A stretch of DNA of 54,345 nucleotides, taken from positions 1-54,345 of the IMG/VR virus record IMGVR_UViG_3300020401_001611; one strand, given 5' to 3'. This document shows positions 9,302 to 18,481 of this stretch, one piece after another (the first letter of the stretch is position 1; each line of letters begins with the position of its first letter). This DNA is from a virus (taxonomy: Duplodnaviria > Caudoviricetes). A program made the position numbers and the translations under genes. The notes under the pieces were generated by a model. It ran no database searches, was not told the origin of the DNA, and saw only the letters and a program-made list of their open reading frames with translations.

Positions 9302-10880
9302 AATAGTTGGTACTTATGAAGATAGGCATCGGCGCTTCATAATCTTCAATATCTTCTGTTTGATTAAAGGTATTATATATTCTAGGATCCCAATCTTTCA
9401 ATACAGACATCATTCTTATAGCTAATAATGTAGCACTAATAAGGTCGTCTGTCTGTCCTAACTTTGCATTATAACTTGAACCAGTAGCTACATAATTTTT
9501 TAATTCGGATATCATTGGTTTAGAATGAATGCACATTTTATCATTTTCTATCATTGTTTTTAATCTACTACAAGCTGTGATCTTTGTGCTATGTGTTGTA
9601 TTGAAGCCTTTACGGAATTTACGTACATGTCCTTTTCTAATAGGTTCACTTACAAATAATCCTTTTATGTTATCTTCGCCAAAATCATTAATTACAATAA
9701 GTGCAGCCTCACCTATACCGTTGTTTTCAACACTCCAATAAATTCCATTTTCGTTACCAATTTCGTTTGCAATGTAATTACAGATATCAGCTAATACTCT
9801 AATTTGTCCTGGTATAGCAGTTGTATTATGTTGCCATTCAGCAACTTGTTCATAGCTAGGTAATTCAAACACTTGTATAGCGGCATAGTCACCTCCTGTT
9901 CCCATGCTTGGGTCTAAGGCAACAGCATATGTATAATCTTTATTAGGCGCTTTGTACCAACGTGTTTGACCCATATTTATTGTTGGATTGTTTCCTTCTA
10001 ATGTTGCAAGTTTTATTGCACTAATTAATGTTTCGTCGAATACCAAAAACTCGCAACCATATTCTCGTCTAAATCTTTCCTCTCCAATTCGCCCCATTTC
10101 TTCGTCTTTCCATTTTTCATCTCTATCAGGATGCTCGTCCCAACTACATGTAAAACTATGGAATCCGTTACGTCCTACTGCCTGTTCGTTTCCGTGTTCG
10201 TCAAATTTATCTTCTGCTTGTTTCCAAATATTTGCGAATGTATCTTCATCTGAGTTAGGCGTACTTGTAAGAATTGCACGACCACCTGTAGCAAGTGTCG
10301 GAGATATTGATGTCCAAAATTCATCTGCAATAGTAGGTTGCACAAATGCAAACTCGTCACAATACAATAAAGAAATACTCATACCACGCCCTGTATTGCC
10401 TGTTGTAGTGGCACTTACAATACGAGAACCATTTTCAAATTCTATACTACCTTTGTTGTAATTTACAACACCTGCTCTTATATGATCTGGACACATTTCA
10501 TACCCATATCTAATGCGTTGCATTATTTCTTGGGCGCCTGTGTATTTGTGTGCCGCTATAAGTATCGTTTGATCAGGATTAAACATTGCATACCATAATA
10601 GGTATATTGCGGCACATGTTGTTTTGCCTGTCTGTCTAGGCAACATATTGATATTAAATCTATGATTGTGGTAACTACCTAATAAACGTACTTGATATTC
10701 GTATGGGTCAAAAAGAAGTTTACCTTGTACTGGGTGTTGTATATATGCAAAGTGTTTTGCAAAATACAAATATCCTAAATCCCTATCCATGCATTTTGCC
10801 AAATCTTGGATTTGTTCTTCTGTAAACGTTTCTTTTTTATTTGCTTTTTTGGTTAAAACACCATCTAAACTTTTGCTCAT
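9300..10880 (-). CDS. terL: Terminase large subunit (T4 gp17-like)
   Basis: YQ motif, Walker A PRQTGKTT, Walker B LLYCDEFAF, TSTPN, nuclease motifs ALDPSMG and DDL. Confidence 0.95.
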   Translation of the reverse strand: MSKSLDGVLTKKANKKETFTEEQIQDLAKCMDRDLGYLYFAKHFAYIQHPVQGKLLFDPYEYQVRLLGSYHNHRFNINMLPRQTGKTTCAAIYLLWYAMFNPDQTILIAAHKYTGAQEIMQRIRYGYEMCPDHIRAGVVNYNKGSIEFENGSRIVSATTTGNTGRGMSISLLYCDEFAFVQPTIADEFWTSISPTLATGGRAILTSTPNSDEDTFANIWKQAEDKFDEHGNEQAVGRNGFHSFTCSWDEHPDRDEKWKDEEMGRIGEERFRREYGCEFLVFDETLISAIKLATLEGNNPTINMGQTRWYKAPNKDYTYAVALDPSMGTGGDYAAIQVFELPSYEQVAEWQHNTTAIPGQIRVLADICNYIANEIGNENGIYWSVENNGIGEAALIVINDFGEDNIKGLFVSEPIRKGHVRKFRKGFNTTHSTKITACSRLKTMIENDKMCIHSKPMISELKNYVATGSSYNAKLGQTDDLISATLLAIRMMSVLKDWDPRIYNTFNQTEDIEDYEAPMPIFISTNY

Positions 10881-10885
10881 GTATA

Positions 10886-10893
10886 TATTTAAC
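10886..10893 (-). promoter_or_regulatory. Late promoter-like GTTAAATA
   Basis: 5 nt before the terminase ATG; no SD. Confidence 0.5.
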
Positions 10894-10917
10894 CAAAAAA
10901 TAAGGGATTATTTTAAT

Positions 10918-11439
10918 TTACGAGTATTCAACACCTGCGTAAAAAGGTATATTTCTGCTACTAATTAGGCTAGATCCCGGCAAGAATGTCAAGTTCATAA
11001 TACAAGCACAAGCAATTATATTGCCTCCTAGTTCTTGTACAATATCTATTGCGGCATTCATAGTACCACCTGTAGCCATTAAATCATCTATGATGATTAC
11101 TCTGTCATCTTTTGATATTGCATCTGATTTGATTTCTAAGGTTGCTGTGTTATATTCTAGTTGATATTCTTTTGATTTTGTAGGCGGAGGTAGTTTTCCT
11201 TTTTTTCTCGCTAGTACTAACGGATTACGTGTTCTGTGTGCAAAAATACTAGCAAAAATAAATCCTCTAGCATCTAAACCAACAATCTTATCTACAGGAC
11301 AATATTTTAATAGCTTGTCATAAAGAAAATTATTTGCTTCTGCAAACCCCTGGGGACTTTGACATAAACTTGCTGTGCATTTAAAGTCTATGCCCTCTTT
11401 AGGAAAATCTTTATAACTTGTTATATACTCTTTTATCAT
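10918..11439 (-). CDS. apt: Adenine phosphoribosyltransferase
   Basis: DFPKEGIDFK, GLDARGF, RKKGKLP, YQLEY and PRPP-binding IIDDLMATGGT. Start placed at ATG 11439 (TAATG overlap with the upstream stop). Confidence 0.92.
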   Translation of the reverse strand: MIKEYITSYKDFPKEGIDFKCTASLCQSPQGFAEANNFLYDKLLKYCPVDKIVGLDARGFIFASIFAHRTRNPLVLARKKGKLPPPTKSKEYQLEYNTATLEIKSDAISKDDRVIIIDDLMATGGTMNAAIDIVQELGGNIIACACIMNLTFLPGSSLISSRNIPFYAGVEYS

Positions 11440-12299
11440 TAGTAACTCTGTGCAAGTCTCCACATCAGATATTCCTTGCTTTCAATTGGTTCATACTTAT
11501 CAGGTTCTTTAGTCAAATTCTTAACTATAGTACCAGGTTGCGGGTCAACAAAGTGTGGCATACTGAAACGCTCTTGATCAATGTGTGTATTTACTACTCT
11601 ATGCTTTGTACTTTTAAAATAATCATTTGTCCAACGTTGTAATAAGTCACCTATGTTTACAACGACACCGTCGTCAGCGTATGGAACAGAATGCCATGTG
11701 CCTTCAAGGTCCTGTACTTCAAGTCCTGGTACGTCATTGATTTGCCAAAGTAATGTAATAGTACCATAATCACTGTGTTCTCCGATCCTCATTTGTTTGT
11801 CTAACAATGGACCTGTGTATGCAGGATAGTGTAATATTCTTGTTGTGTTGAACATATGTTTATGTGCATCTACAAGAGTTGTACCTGTGTTCAATATTAC
11901 ATCAAACATACTTAAAATACGTAATGTTAGTTTGTCTGCAATACTAATACTATCTAATGCACTTTGTTTGAACGTTGGTAATTCTGTAGGCCATAATTCA
12001 TCAGGCATTCTAGTATTATTGTAATTGTATGATTCTTTAATATCTTTTGGTGCTGTAGGATCTACATTTTCATGTCCTACCATACTGTATCCTAAGTTTG
12101 TTTCGTTATTATAGGGATATTTTTGTTTTGTTTCCATAGGCAAAGCAAAAAAGTCTTGCATACTTTGTTGCCACATTTTCATTTTAGTTGCTTCTGGAAT
12201 ATCAAGTGCATTTGTAAAAACTGCAAATCCTACAGTAGTATATGCTTCTTCAATTTTTTTTAGGCTATTTACGCCCATTAAATCTATAATTGGTATCAT
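11439..12299 (-). CDS. Isopenicillin N synthase-like 2OG-Fe(II) dioxygenase (PcbC family)
   Basis: IPIIDL, GFAV, FFALP..K, HYP, HSDYGTITLL, NIGDLLQRWTN, STKHRV and RFSMPHF motifs. Confidence 0.9.
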   Translation of the reverse strand: MIPIIDLMGVNSLKKIEEAYTTVGFAVFTNALDIPEATKMKMWQQSMQDFFALPMETKQKYPYNNETNLGYSMVGHENVDPTAPKDIKESYNYNNTRMPDELWPTELPTFKQSALDSISIADKLTLRILSMFDVILNTGTTLVDAHKHMFNTTRILHYPAYTGPLLDKQMRIGEHSDYGTITLLWQINDVPGLEVQDLEGTWHSVPYADDGVVVNIGDLLQRWTNDYFKSTKHRVVNTHIDQERFSMPHFVDPQPGTIVKNLTKEPDKYEPIESKEYLMWRLAQSY

Positions 12300-12317
12300 T
12301 ATTCTATTCCTGAGTTG

Positions 12318-12343
12318 ACAAGTGGCCCTTGCGAGCCACTTGT
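12318..12343 (-). terminator. Stem-loop after the BMP gene
   Basis: Minus strand ACAAGTGGCTC-GCAA-GGGCCACTTGT; weak U-tract, so it may be a stabiliser or partial terminator. Confidence 0.55.
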
Positions 12344-12350
12344 ATATAAG

Positions 12351-13445
12351 TTAGTTAGGTAATAGTGCGTCAATACCTTCAACATAGTAATTCATGCTGT
12401 CTAGATGTGCTCTATCAGCAATTTCACCATCTTTTAGTCTAAGTTCACCTTTGTTGTCTTTGATTGGACCTGTAAATGCAAAGTATTCACCTGCTGTAAT
12501 AGCGGCTTTAATTTCTTCAGCTTTTGCTTTTACATCATCTGGCATGTTAGTGAACGGTGCCATACCAACTGAACCATCATTCATATGTCCAAAGTAACAA
12601 CCTTCAACAGGGTCACATTCTGGCTTCCATGTGCCGTCTAGTACTTGCCCAACTTTTCTTACATAGTAAGGCCCCCAGTTATCAATAGTTGCTGTCAATT
12701 GTGCCTTAGGAGCAAATCTGTATTGATCACTTGCTTGACCAAACCCAATAAGTCCTTGTTGTTCTGCAACCTGTAAAGGAGCAGGTGAGTCTGTGTGTTG
12801 TGCAATAACATCACAACCTTGGCTAAACAACGCTTTAGCGGCATCTGCTTCTTTACCTGGATCGTACCATGTCATAACCCATACAACATCAATGTCAACT
12901 TTAGGATTCATTTTCTTTGCACCCATATAAAATGTGTTAATTTCCCTAATTACTTCAGGAATTGGATAGGCTGCAACATAACAAATTTTATTAGTCTTAG
13001 TCATCATACCTGCAATAATACCTTGTACATGTCTTGCTTGGTATAATCTTAAACCATAGTTAGCAAAGTTTGTGTCATTACTTTTGTAACCTGTAGCATG
13101 TTCGAATTTGATATTTGGAAACTCTTCTGCTACTTTACGCATTGAATCCATATATCCAAAACTTGTTGCAAAAATAATGTCAGCACCTTGCATTGCCATT
13201 TGACGCATTACACGTTCTGCATCTGGACCATACTTCACACTTTCAACAAAGAATGTTTCAACTTTGTCACCGTATGCTTCTTCAACTTGTTGACGACCAA
13301 TGTCGTGTCTGTAAGTCCAACCGTGGTCACCTGTTGGTCCTACGTATATAAAGCCAACTTTGACTTTGTCTTTTGCCTCACCAGCGAATGCTGGAGACAT
13401 AATTGCGATAACTGTCGCAAAAAGGGCAGTTAAAAATAGTTTCAT
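12351..13445 (-). CDS. BMP-family ABC transporter substrate-binding protein (purine/nucleoside type)
   Basis: Signal peptide ending AFA; KVGFIYVGP.GDHGWTYRHD, IFATSFGYMD, FEHATGYK, IPEVIREIN, WYDPGKE and QHTDSPAP; GAGGAG SD. Confidence 0.92.
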   Translation of the reverse strand: MKLFLTALFATVIAIMSPAFAGEAKDKVKVGFIYVGPTGDHGWTYRHDIGRQQVEEAYGDKVETFFVESVKYGPDAERVMRQMAMQGADIIFATSFGYMDSMRKVAEEFPNIKFEHATGYKSNDTNFANYGLRLYQARHVQGIIAGMMTKTNKICYVAAYPIPEVIREINTFYMGAKKMNPKVDIDVVWVMTWYDPGKEADAAKALFSQGCDVIAQHTDSPAPLQVAEQQGLIGFGQASDQYRFAPKAQLTATIDNWGPYYVRKVGQVLDGTWKPECDPVEGCYFGHMNDGSVGMAPFTNMPDDVKAKAEEIKAAITAGEYFAFTGPIKDNKGELRLKDGEIADRAHLDSMNYYVEGIDALLPN

Positions 13446-13548
13446 GTTTTATCTCCTCTTAGGTTGTGGGTGTTCTCTAACTACAAAATGCTTCACCCAA
13501 ATGGTACAAAATAGATTGATGTCAAGTTAGATTGACACTTGACAATGG

Positions 13549-13556
13549 TATTTATT
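13549..13556 (-). promoter_or_regulatory. Late promoter-like AATAAATA upstream of the BMP operon leader
   Basis: TAAATA core about 100 nt before the BMP ATG. Confidence 0.45.
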
Positions 13557-13899
13557 ACAGGTACTCATTATAGTACCCGATATCGAACCTTAGATCAAAT
13601 AGCATGCGTTTGTCTTGCTGAATAATGACTGGAACAGGTGCACCGTTTGGACCATTGTTAGGATCGCTCCACAATATTTCAAATTCACCTGTGTCTAGTT
13701 TTTTATGAAGTTTTTTTAAGCGTCTTCTATTATAATTTTTACAAATATAAACTATAGCTTGATTTTTTCCTAATGGCTCAAGTTCACCGGACCAATCAAC
13801 AAATTTTATTTCGCCTTTTTTTAGAGCGGCTCCACTCCATGGACATACAGGTTTAATGTGTTCAAAATATTTCTTCCAATCAACTTCCGTAGATGACAT
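13555..13899 (-). CDS. Hypothetical protein
   Basis: 114-aa ORF in operon context with a VCPWS motif. Confidence 0.7.
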   Translation of the reverse strand: MSSTEVDWKKYFEHIKPVCPWSGAALKKGEIKFVDWSGELEPLGKNQAIVYICKNYNRRRLKKLHKKLDTGEFEILWSDPNNGPNGAPVPVIIQQDKRMLFDLRFDIGYYNEYL

Positions 13900-14542
13900 C
13901 CTTAATCCATTTTGCTTCTTTGGTTACACCGTATATATCTAAATGCTCCCCTTTATCAAAACAATGTGATTTGTAATCAGTAATATTTTCTTGTGTAGTT
14001 GGCATATCTATAAACTTAAATTGTTTATTATGTCCAAAAATAAAATCAGCTTTTGATTTCAAATATTCTCCTATGCAGATAGATTGCGTATGTTCAAAAT
14101 CAGGATGTATATGCTCCGTCCATAATTGCCAAAATTTATATGATTTTTTTATATCCCAAAAGTTGCTCTGATGATGCGGGAAAAATCCATTTGGACTCAT
14201 AATATAAATTCTTCTCATATTCTCCATACTCCATGCATGGTAGTTAGGAGATCTTTCTTCTAATTTCATTATAAAAGATTTATGAATAGATGAATATCTA
14301 CAACCTGCTGTAAGTTTTACAATATTATAATCATAGAGATGTGAGAACTTATTAAAGAAAAACATTATAGCTTGGTTGCTTAATCCGCCTCTTCCGTAAT
14401 TATGTATAGTATCGTTTGGGAGTATTTTGCTAAGTTCTTCAGGCCAACTAACGTATGCAGTCTCTTTTTTGCGTTTTTTGCCGCGGTTTTTTATACCGCC
14501 CATTCCCGCAGTCCAACTACAACCATATGTGGCAATCTTCAT
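13880..14542 (-). CDS. Hypothetical protein, SGNH/GDSL-hydrolase-like
   Basis: GCSWT block I-like motif, NYGRGGLSN block II-like motif, C-terminal DKGEH. Confidence 0.55.
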   Translation of the reverse strand: MKIATYGCSWTAGMGGIKNRGKKRKKETAYVSWPEELSKILPNDTIHNYGRGGLSNQAIMFFFNKFSHLYDYNIVKLTAGCRYSSIHKSFIMKLEERSPNYHAWSMENMRRIYIMSPNGFFPHHQSNFWDIKKSYKFWQLWTEHIHPDFEHTQSICIGEYLKSKADFIFGHNKQFKFIDMPTTQENITDYKSHCFDKGEHLDIYGVTKEAKWIKDVIYGS

Positions 14543-14551
14543 TTGCCGATT

Positions 14552-16951
14552 TTAACCTCTAGATTTTTTCTTGCCGCGTGAAGCCTCTTCCATACCACGG
14601 TTTTTCTTCTTGCCGCGTGATGCTTCTTCCATTCCACGATTTTTCTTTTTGCCACGTGATGCTTCTTCCATGCCACGGTTTTTCTTCTTACCTCGTGATG
14701 CTTCTTCCATACCACGGTTTTTCTTCTTACCTCGTGATCCTTCTTCCATACCACGGTTTTTCTTTTTGCCACGTGATCCTTCTTCCATACCACGGTTTTT
14801 CTTTTTGCCACGTGATCCTTCTTCCATGCCTCTATTCTTTTTTCCGCGGTTCTTTTTGCTTTCATCAAACTTTTCGTTTAATGCGGCCCACAGTTGTTCT
14901 CTTATACTAGATTCTACTGTTTGATGAACTGCTGGATCTTTTGCACGTATAGCACCTTTAGGTTTTTCTCTGTTTATTCCTCCGGATAAATCTTTTGTCA
15001 TAGTATGATGATCAGCATATGTTTCTTCTGGTGAATTATCCCATTCTTCATCTACTGCTTCTTCTCCCATTCCACACGGTGAATCTCCCATAGGTGGTTC
15101 TGGCATATCAGGTTCTGCATGCATATGAGGAATATTTGATTCCATACCAGCATTTTTCAATATAGCAATTAGTTCTGCAACTTCTGCTGAACTAGAACCA
15201 TTCATTGAAATATTCATTGATGCTTCTTTCACTTGTTTTTTCATGTTGGTCTCCTTTTCTGCAACTTGTACACCGCGTTCCTTAGCATCTGCATTCGCAT
15301 CTGGAGCACCGCTTTGCTGTGTATTAGCTTTAGGTGCACCTATTATTTTTGCACCTTTATTATTTTTTATGAATATATCTAAAGCCTGTGGCTGTCCGTA
15401 CCCTCTAATGACAGTTCCGTCTGTTTGTGGGATTTCAACGAAAGGCTTAGGATATTTTTTCTTCATATCTTTTACATTGAAGTTTGTTGATTGTCCAGTT
15501 GATTGAATATGGACTTCTTTACTTACCTTAGGTGCTGTTGGAGCATTTCCTAAGTCATCTCCGTCTCTTGTGTCTGTATTTATATCTGGACCTTTTCCGC
15601 CGAATGCATCTAACCCCGGCTCTTTAGCTGTAGCTTGAGGATCATTTGCATATGTTGCGTCACCTTGCTTTTGTGCATCATCTGCTGCCGCTTGATTCTG
15701 TGCCGCTATATCATCTGCTGGGCCATCTACACCCTGTTGTGGAATGTTAAGGGCTTTTTCCATACGCTTGATTAAGTCGCCGAATTCTTGTTGTACTTTA
15801 GGATCTCTTTTTGCAGATGCACGTATTTGGTCTAAATATTTTTGTAGTTGTGCTAACTGTGGAGGATCTAATTTTTCTGCTATTGCACGGTTTTCAACTA
15901 TAAATCTATAGTGAGTCATGCCTTGAACACTTTCTGCCGCCATTTTTAACAACTTTTCAATTTCAGGAGCAATAACTTGTCTAATTCTTAATCTACTAGG
16001 AACTTGTTCTGTACCTTGATCTGTTGCTTGTGGATCATCTGCGAAATTTGCATTTCCTGCATCCATTGCTTTATCTGCGGCTGCTTGATTAGTTGCATCT
16101 TGTTTTGCTGTAGCATCTGCATCTTTTGGTTTTTGTCCTTGTAATAATTCTTGAATCTTTTTCATAGTATTTGGACCAGCTTGTCCATCTACAGTTAATC
16201 CGTTAGCTTTTTGAAAAGCGGCAACTGCATTATAAGTTCCTTGGCCGTATTTGCCATCTATACCATTTGGATCGTGACCTAATCTACCTAAAGCTGTTTG
16301 CAAATCTTTAACAGCAGGCATTGCTTGTTTGCCACCATCATTATATGCTTTCATTAAGTTAGCTGTCTTCAAATCTAATTTTCCAGCAAGGTTAGATCCA
16401 GCATCACCTTTGCTTGTATCTATTTCTGGACCCGCTCCACCAAAGGCATCTAGACCTGGATCTGCATCAGTAGCTTGATCTGCTTGGTCCATTCCTTGTG
16501 CAACACCACCTTCTTGATCAGTAGCAGTACCTGGATCTTCTTCACTACCTACAGCATCAACTGACCCATCGTTTTGAGGTGCTCCGCCTTCACCGCCTCC
16601 TTGTGCATTTGCTCCCGTTGCTTGATCTGCTTGGTCGATTCCTTGTGCAACACCACCTTCTTGGTCAGTAGGCTTAAATTTTCCTGTTCCAGCAATAGCG
16701 TCTTTTTGATCTTTAGTAAGTGCTTTTTGTTCTGCACCACTTGTTGCCTCGTCTGCGGCTTTAATTTCTGCAGGACTCATATCGCCACGTAATTCACCAG
16801 CTATTTGATCTGCTCTAGCATCATCAATACCTAAAACTTTTTGTACAGTGCTTGTTACCCAATCAACAAATCCTTCATCTAATTCTTTAGTATCTTTTCC
16901 AAAAGCATCTGCAATTTTGATATGTTTTTTGATGTCTGTCATATTATCCAC
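14552..16951 (-). CDS. Low-complexity virion/internal protein with peptidoglycan-binding domain and C-terminal basic repeats
   Basis: PG_binding_1-like VKDLQTALGRLGHDPNGIDGKYGQGTYNAVAAFQKANGLTVDGQAGPNT; internal duplications; 13-aa repeat tail. Confidence 0.8.
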   Translation of the reverse strand: MDNMTDIKKHIKIADAFGKDTKELDEGFVDWVTSTVQKVLGIDDARADQIAGELRGDMSPAEIKAADEATSGAEQKALTKDQKDAIAGTGKFKPTDQEGGVAQGIDQADQATGANAQGGGEGGAPQNDGSVDAVGSEEDPGTATDQEGGVAQGMDQADQATDADPGLDAFGGAGPEIDTSKGDAGSNLAGKLDLKTANLMKAYNDGGKQAMPAVKDLQTALGRLGHDPNGIDGKYGQGTYNAVAAFQKANGLTVDGQAGPNTMKKIQELLQGQKPKDADATAKQDATNQAAADKAMDAGNANFADDPQATDQGTEQVPSRLRIRQVIAPEIEKLLKMAAESVQGMTHYRFIVENRAIAEKLDPPQLAQLQKYLDQIRASAKRDPKVQQEFGDLIKRMEKALNIPQQGVDGPADDIAAQNQAAADDAQKQGDATYANDPQATAKEPGLDAFGGKGPDINTDTRDGDDLGNAPTAPKVSKEVHIQSTGQSTNFNVKDMKKKYPKPFVEIPQTDGTVIRGYGQPQALDIFIKNNKGAKIIGAPKANTQQSGAPDANADAKERGVQVAEKETNMKKQVKEASMNISMNGSSSAEVAELIAILKNAGMESNIPHMHAEPDMPEPPMGDSPCGMGEEAVDEEWDNSPEETYADHHTMTKDLSGGINREKPKGAIRAKDPAVHQTVESSIREQLWAALNEKFDESKKNRGKKNRGMEEGSRGKKKNRGMEEGSRGKKKNRGMEEGSRGKKKNRGMEEASRGKKKNRGMEEASRGKKKNRGMEEASRGKKKNRGMEEASRGKKKSRG
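14555..14860 (-). repeat. 39-bp tandem repeat (about 7.5 units) encoding [A/G]SRGKKKNRGMEE
   Basis: Seven MEE-containing units plus a partial one; units differ mostly at synonymous positions. Confidence 0.95.
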
Positions 16952-17501
16952 CTACTACTGCTTTAGTATTGATATCATCACTGATATCTGCACTCTCGCC
17001 TTTTGGTGCACCTTCCATTGGATCTATTTCTCTTTCTTTACGAGCTGTTTCTAACTCTTTCAATAAATCCATTACTCTTGCTCCAGCAACATCTTGCTGT
17101 GCTGATTCACCACCCATGTCTTCTGTATTCAATATTGATTCATAAGGTTCATCTGTCTTTTCAGATTGTTGTCTTTCAATAGGATCATGTTCGCCACGAA
17201 CTGTTAGATGACTATGTGATATATCACAACAATTTACAAGATAATGTTCAAGTATATGTGCTGTTGTAGGATATTTTAATTCTACTTCGTAATGGGTAAC
17301 TTCACAATTTTGTAATTGCGGGAAATCCATTGGTTTCTCTTGAATTGGTGTCCTTTTTCCTGCACTAAGTTTTAGTAATTCATATTTGTTCAAGTTTCGT
17401 TCCATCTTATCGACAAAACCTTCAGGTAAGTCTCCTGCTACCCTTACAAAAAATTTATATGTCTTTTCAGACTCTGTTAAAAATGATTTAAATGTTTTCA
17501 T
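16944..17501 (-). CDS. Hypothetical head protein with a capsid-targeting-like N-terminus
   Basis: Starts MKTFKSFLTE, resembling the T4 internal-protein CTS (MKTYQEFIAE); GATAAATA at 17522-17529. Confidence 0.7.
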   Translation of the reverse strand: MKTFKSFLTESEKTYKFFVRVAGDLPEGFVDKMERNLNKYELLKLSAGKRTPIQEKPMDFPQLQNCEVTHYEVELKYPTTAHILEHYLVNCCDISHSHLTVRGEHDPIERQQSEKTDEPYESILNTEDMGGESAQQDVAGARVMDLLKELETARKEREIDPMEGAPKGESADISDDINTKAVVGG

Positions 17502-17520
17502 GGCGTTTTCCTATTATAAA

Positions 17521-18009
17521 CTATTTATCCATACTTTTTAATTTTTCCAATAAACTATTTCTATCTGTGACAACATATCCGTCACCATTTACTACATCTC
17601 CGCCTATAGGCGTATCTTGATCCAATTTTTCCTTCTTTAGTTGCAGTTCAATCATCTTTAATTTTTTATCCATTTTAGCAACTTTGGCATCAAGAGACGT
17701 TTTAAGCATCGATCCAGCCACTTCAAAAACCCTTCCACTGTATCTACTCTCCACATTCATGCCTAAATCCATTAGGTCTTCATAACTTTGTAATGCTCTG
17801 TCAGCTATGTCGTTAAGCTCATTATCAGCTTTGTCGCCCAAACCTTTAACACTTGGTAATGCACTTGCAATTTTATCAAATTCTGCAATATCTCTCAAAG
17901 TTTCTTTTTGTTCTACAACTGCAGAATTTGCCTTGTCTTGGTTCTTTGCGTCTTTGATCATTTCTTTGCTATCAGGCAGGTTTAAAAGTTCTTCTAGTTT
18001 TTTCGTCAT
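17521..18009 (-). CDS. Putative terminase small subunit (gp16-like)
   Basis: Helical protein with DLGMNVESRYSGRVFEVAG, reminiscent of the gp16 PR..EV segment; late box at 18035-18042. Confidence 0.5.
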   Translation of the reverse strand: MTKKLEELLNLPDSKEMIKDAKNQDKANSAVVEQKETLRDIAEFDKIASALPSVKGLGDKADNELNDIADRALQSYEDLMDLGMNVESRYSGRVFEVAGSMLKTSLDAKVAKMDKKLKMIELQLKKEKLDQDTPIGGDVVNGDGYVVTDRNSLLEKLKSMDK

Positions 18010-18043
18010 AGTATGTAACCTTTATTTACACATGTATTTATCG

Positions 18044-18478
18044 TTACCTACGACCGTTGTGAAAAATATCATCTTCTGTTACTATGCGAAATGTTATGTT
18101 ATTTTGCTTACAGTAGGCATAAGCCGCTTCCCATTTGGCTTGATTTACTATCCAAGACGCTTGATTTACTCTACTTCTTCCTAATTTTTCTCTATATGCT
18201 TGGTTTGAAGGTTTTACTTCTATTAATTCAACCTTTTGCTTGCCCCCTCTATCAGCATATGCAATAAAAAAGTCTGGAACGTATATTGTTTGTTTACCTG
18301 TTAACGGATTTCTATAAGGTATTTTTACTGCTTCACTAGCCCATTTAGCCACAGCAGGATGAGAATCACAAAAGTTCATAAAGGCAAATTCCCAACTACT
18401 TCTATAGGTAGGTACTTTAGTGCCAATATATTTTTCTGGAAATTTACAGTTAAATTTACCTTGAGCAAATCTAGCCAT
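18044..18478 (-). CDS. Head completion nuclease, T4 gp4-like (TnsA-N PD-(D/E)xK fold)
   Basis: YRSSWE, WASE, YVPDF, LIEVKP, NQAKWEAA and F.IVTEDDI motifs. Confidence 0.88.
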   Translation of the reverse strand: MARFAQGKFNCKFPEKYIGTKVPTYRSSWEFAFMNFCDSHPAVAKWASEAVKIPYRNPLTGKQTIYVPDFFIAYADRGGKQKVELIEVKPSNQAYREKLGRSRVNQASWIVNQAKWEAAYAYCKQNNITFRIVTEDDIFHNGRR

Positions 18479-18481
18479 TTT

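Noticed and set aside
13520-13544. TGTCA repeats as a Pho box or sigma70 -35
   Set aside because: Spacing is 7 nt rather than 11, and no -10 lies 16-18 nt from the minus-strand TTGACA.
14555-14860. Repeat array as a CRISPR array
   Set aside because: Units are head-to-tail with no unique spacers, lie in frame inside a CDS, and no cas genes are present.
14539-14924. Alternative-frame and antisense ORFs over the 39-bp repeat (14539-14868, 14571-14924, 14578-14910)
   Set aside because: They stay open because the repeat unit lacks stops; variation is synonymous mainly in the 14552-16951 frame.
18044-18478. TnsA-like protein as a Tn7 transposon gene
   Set aside because: No tnsB/tnsC genes or transposon ends; motifs and context fit T4 gp4.
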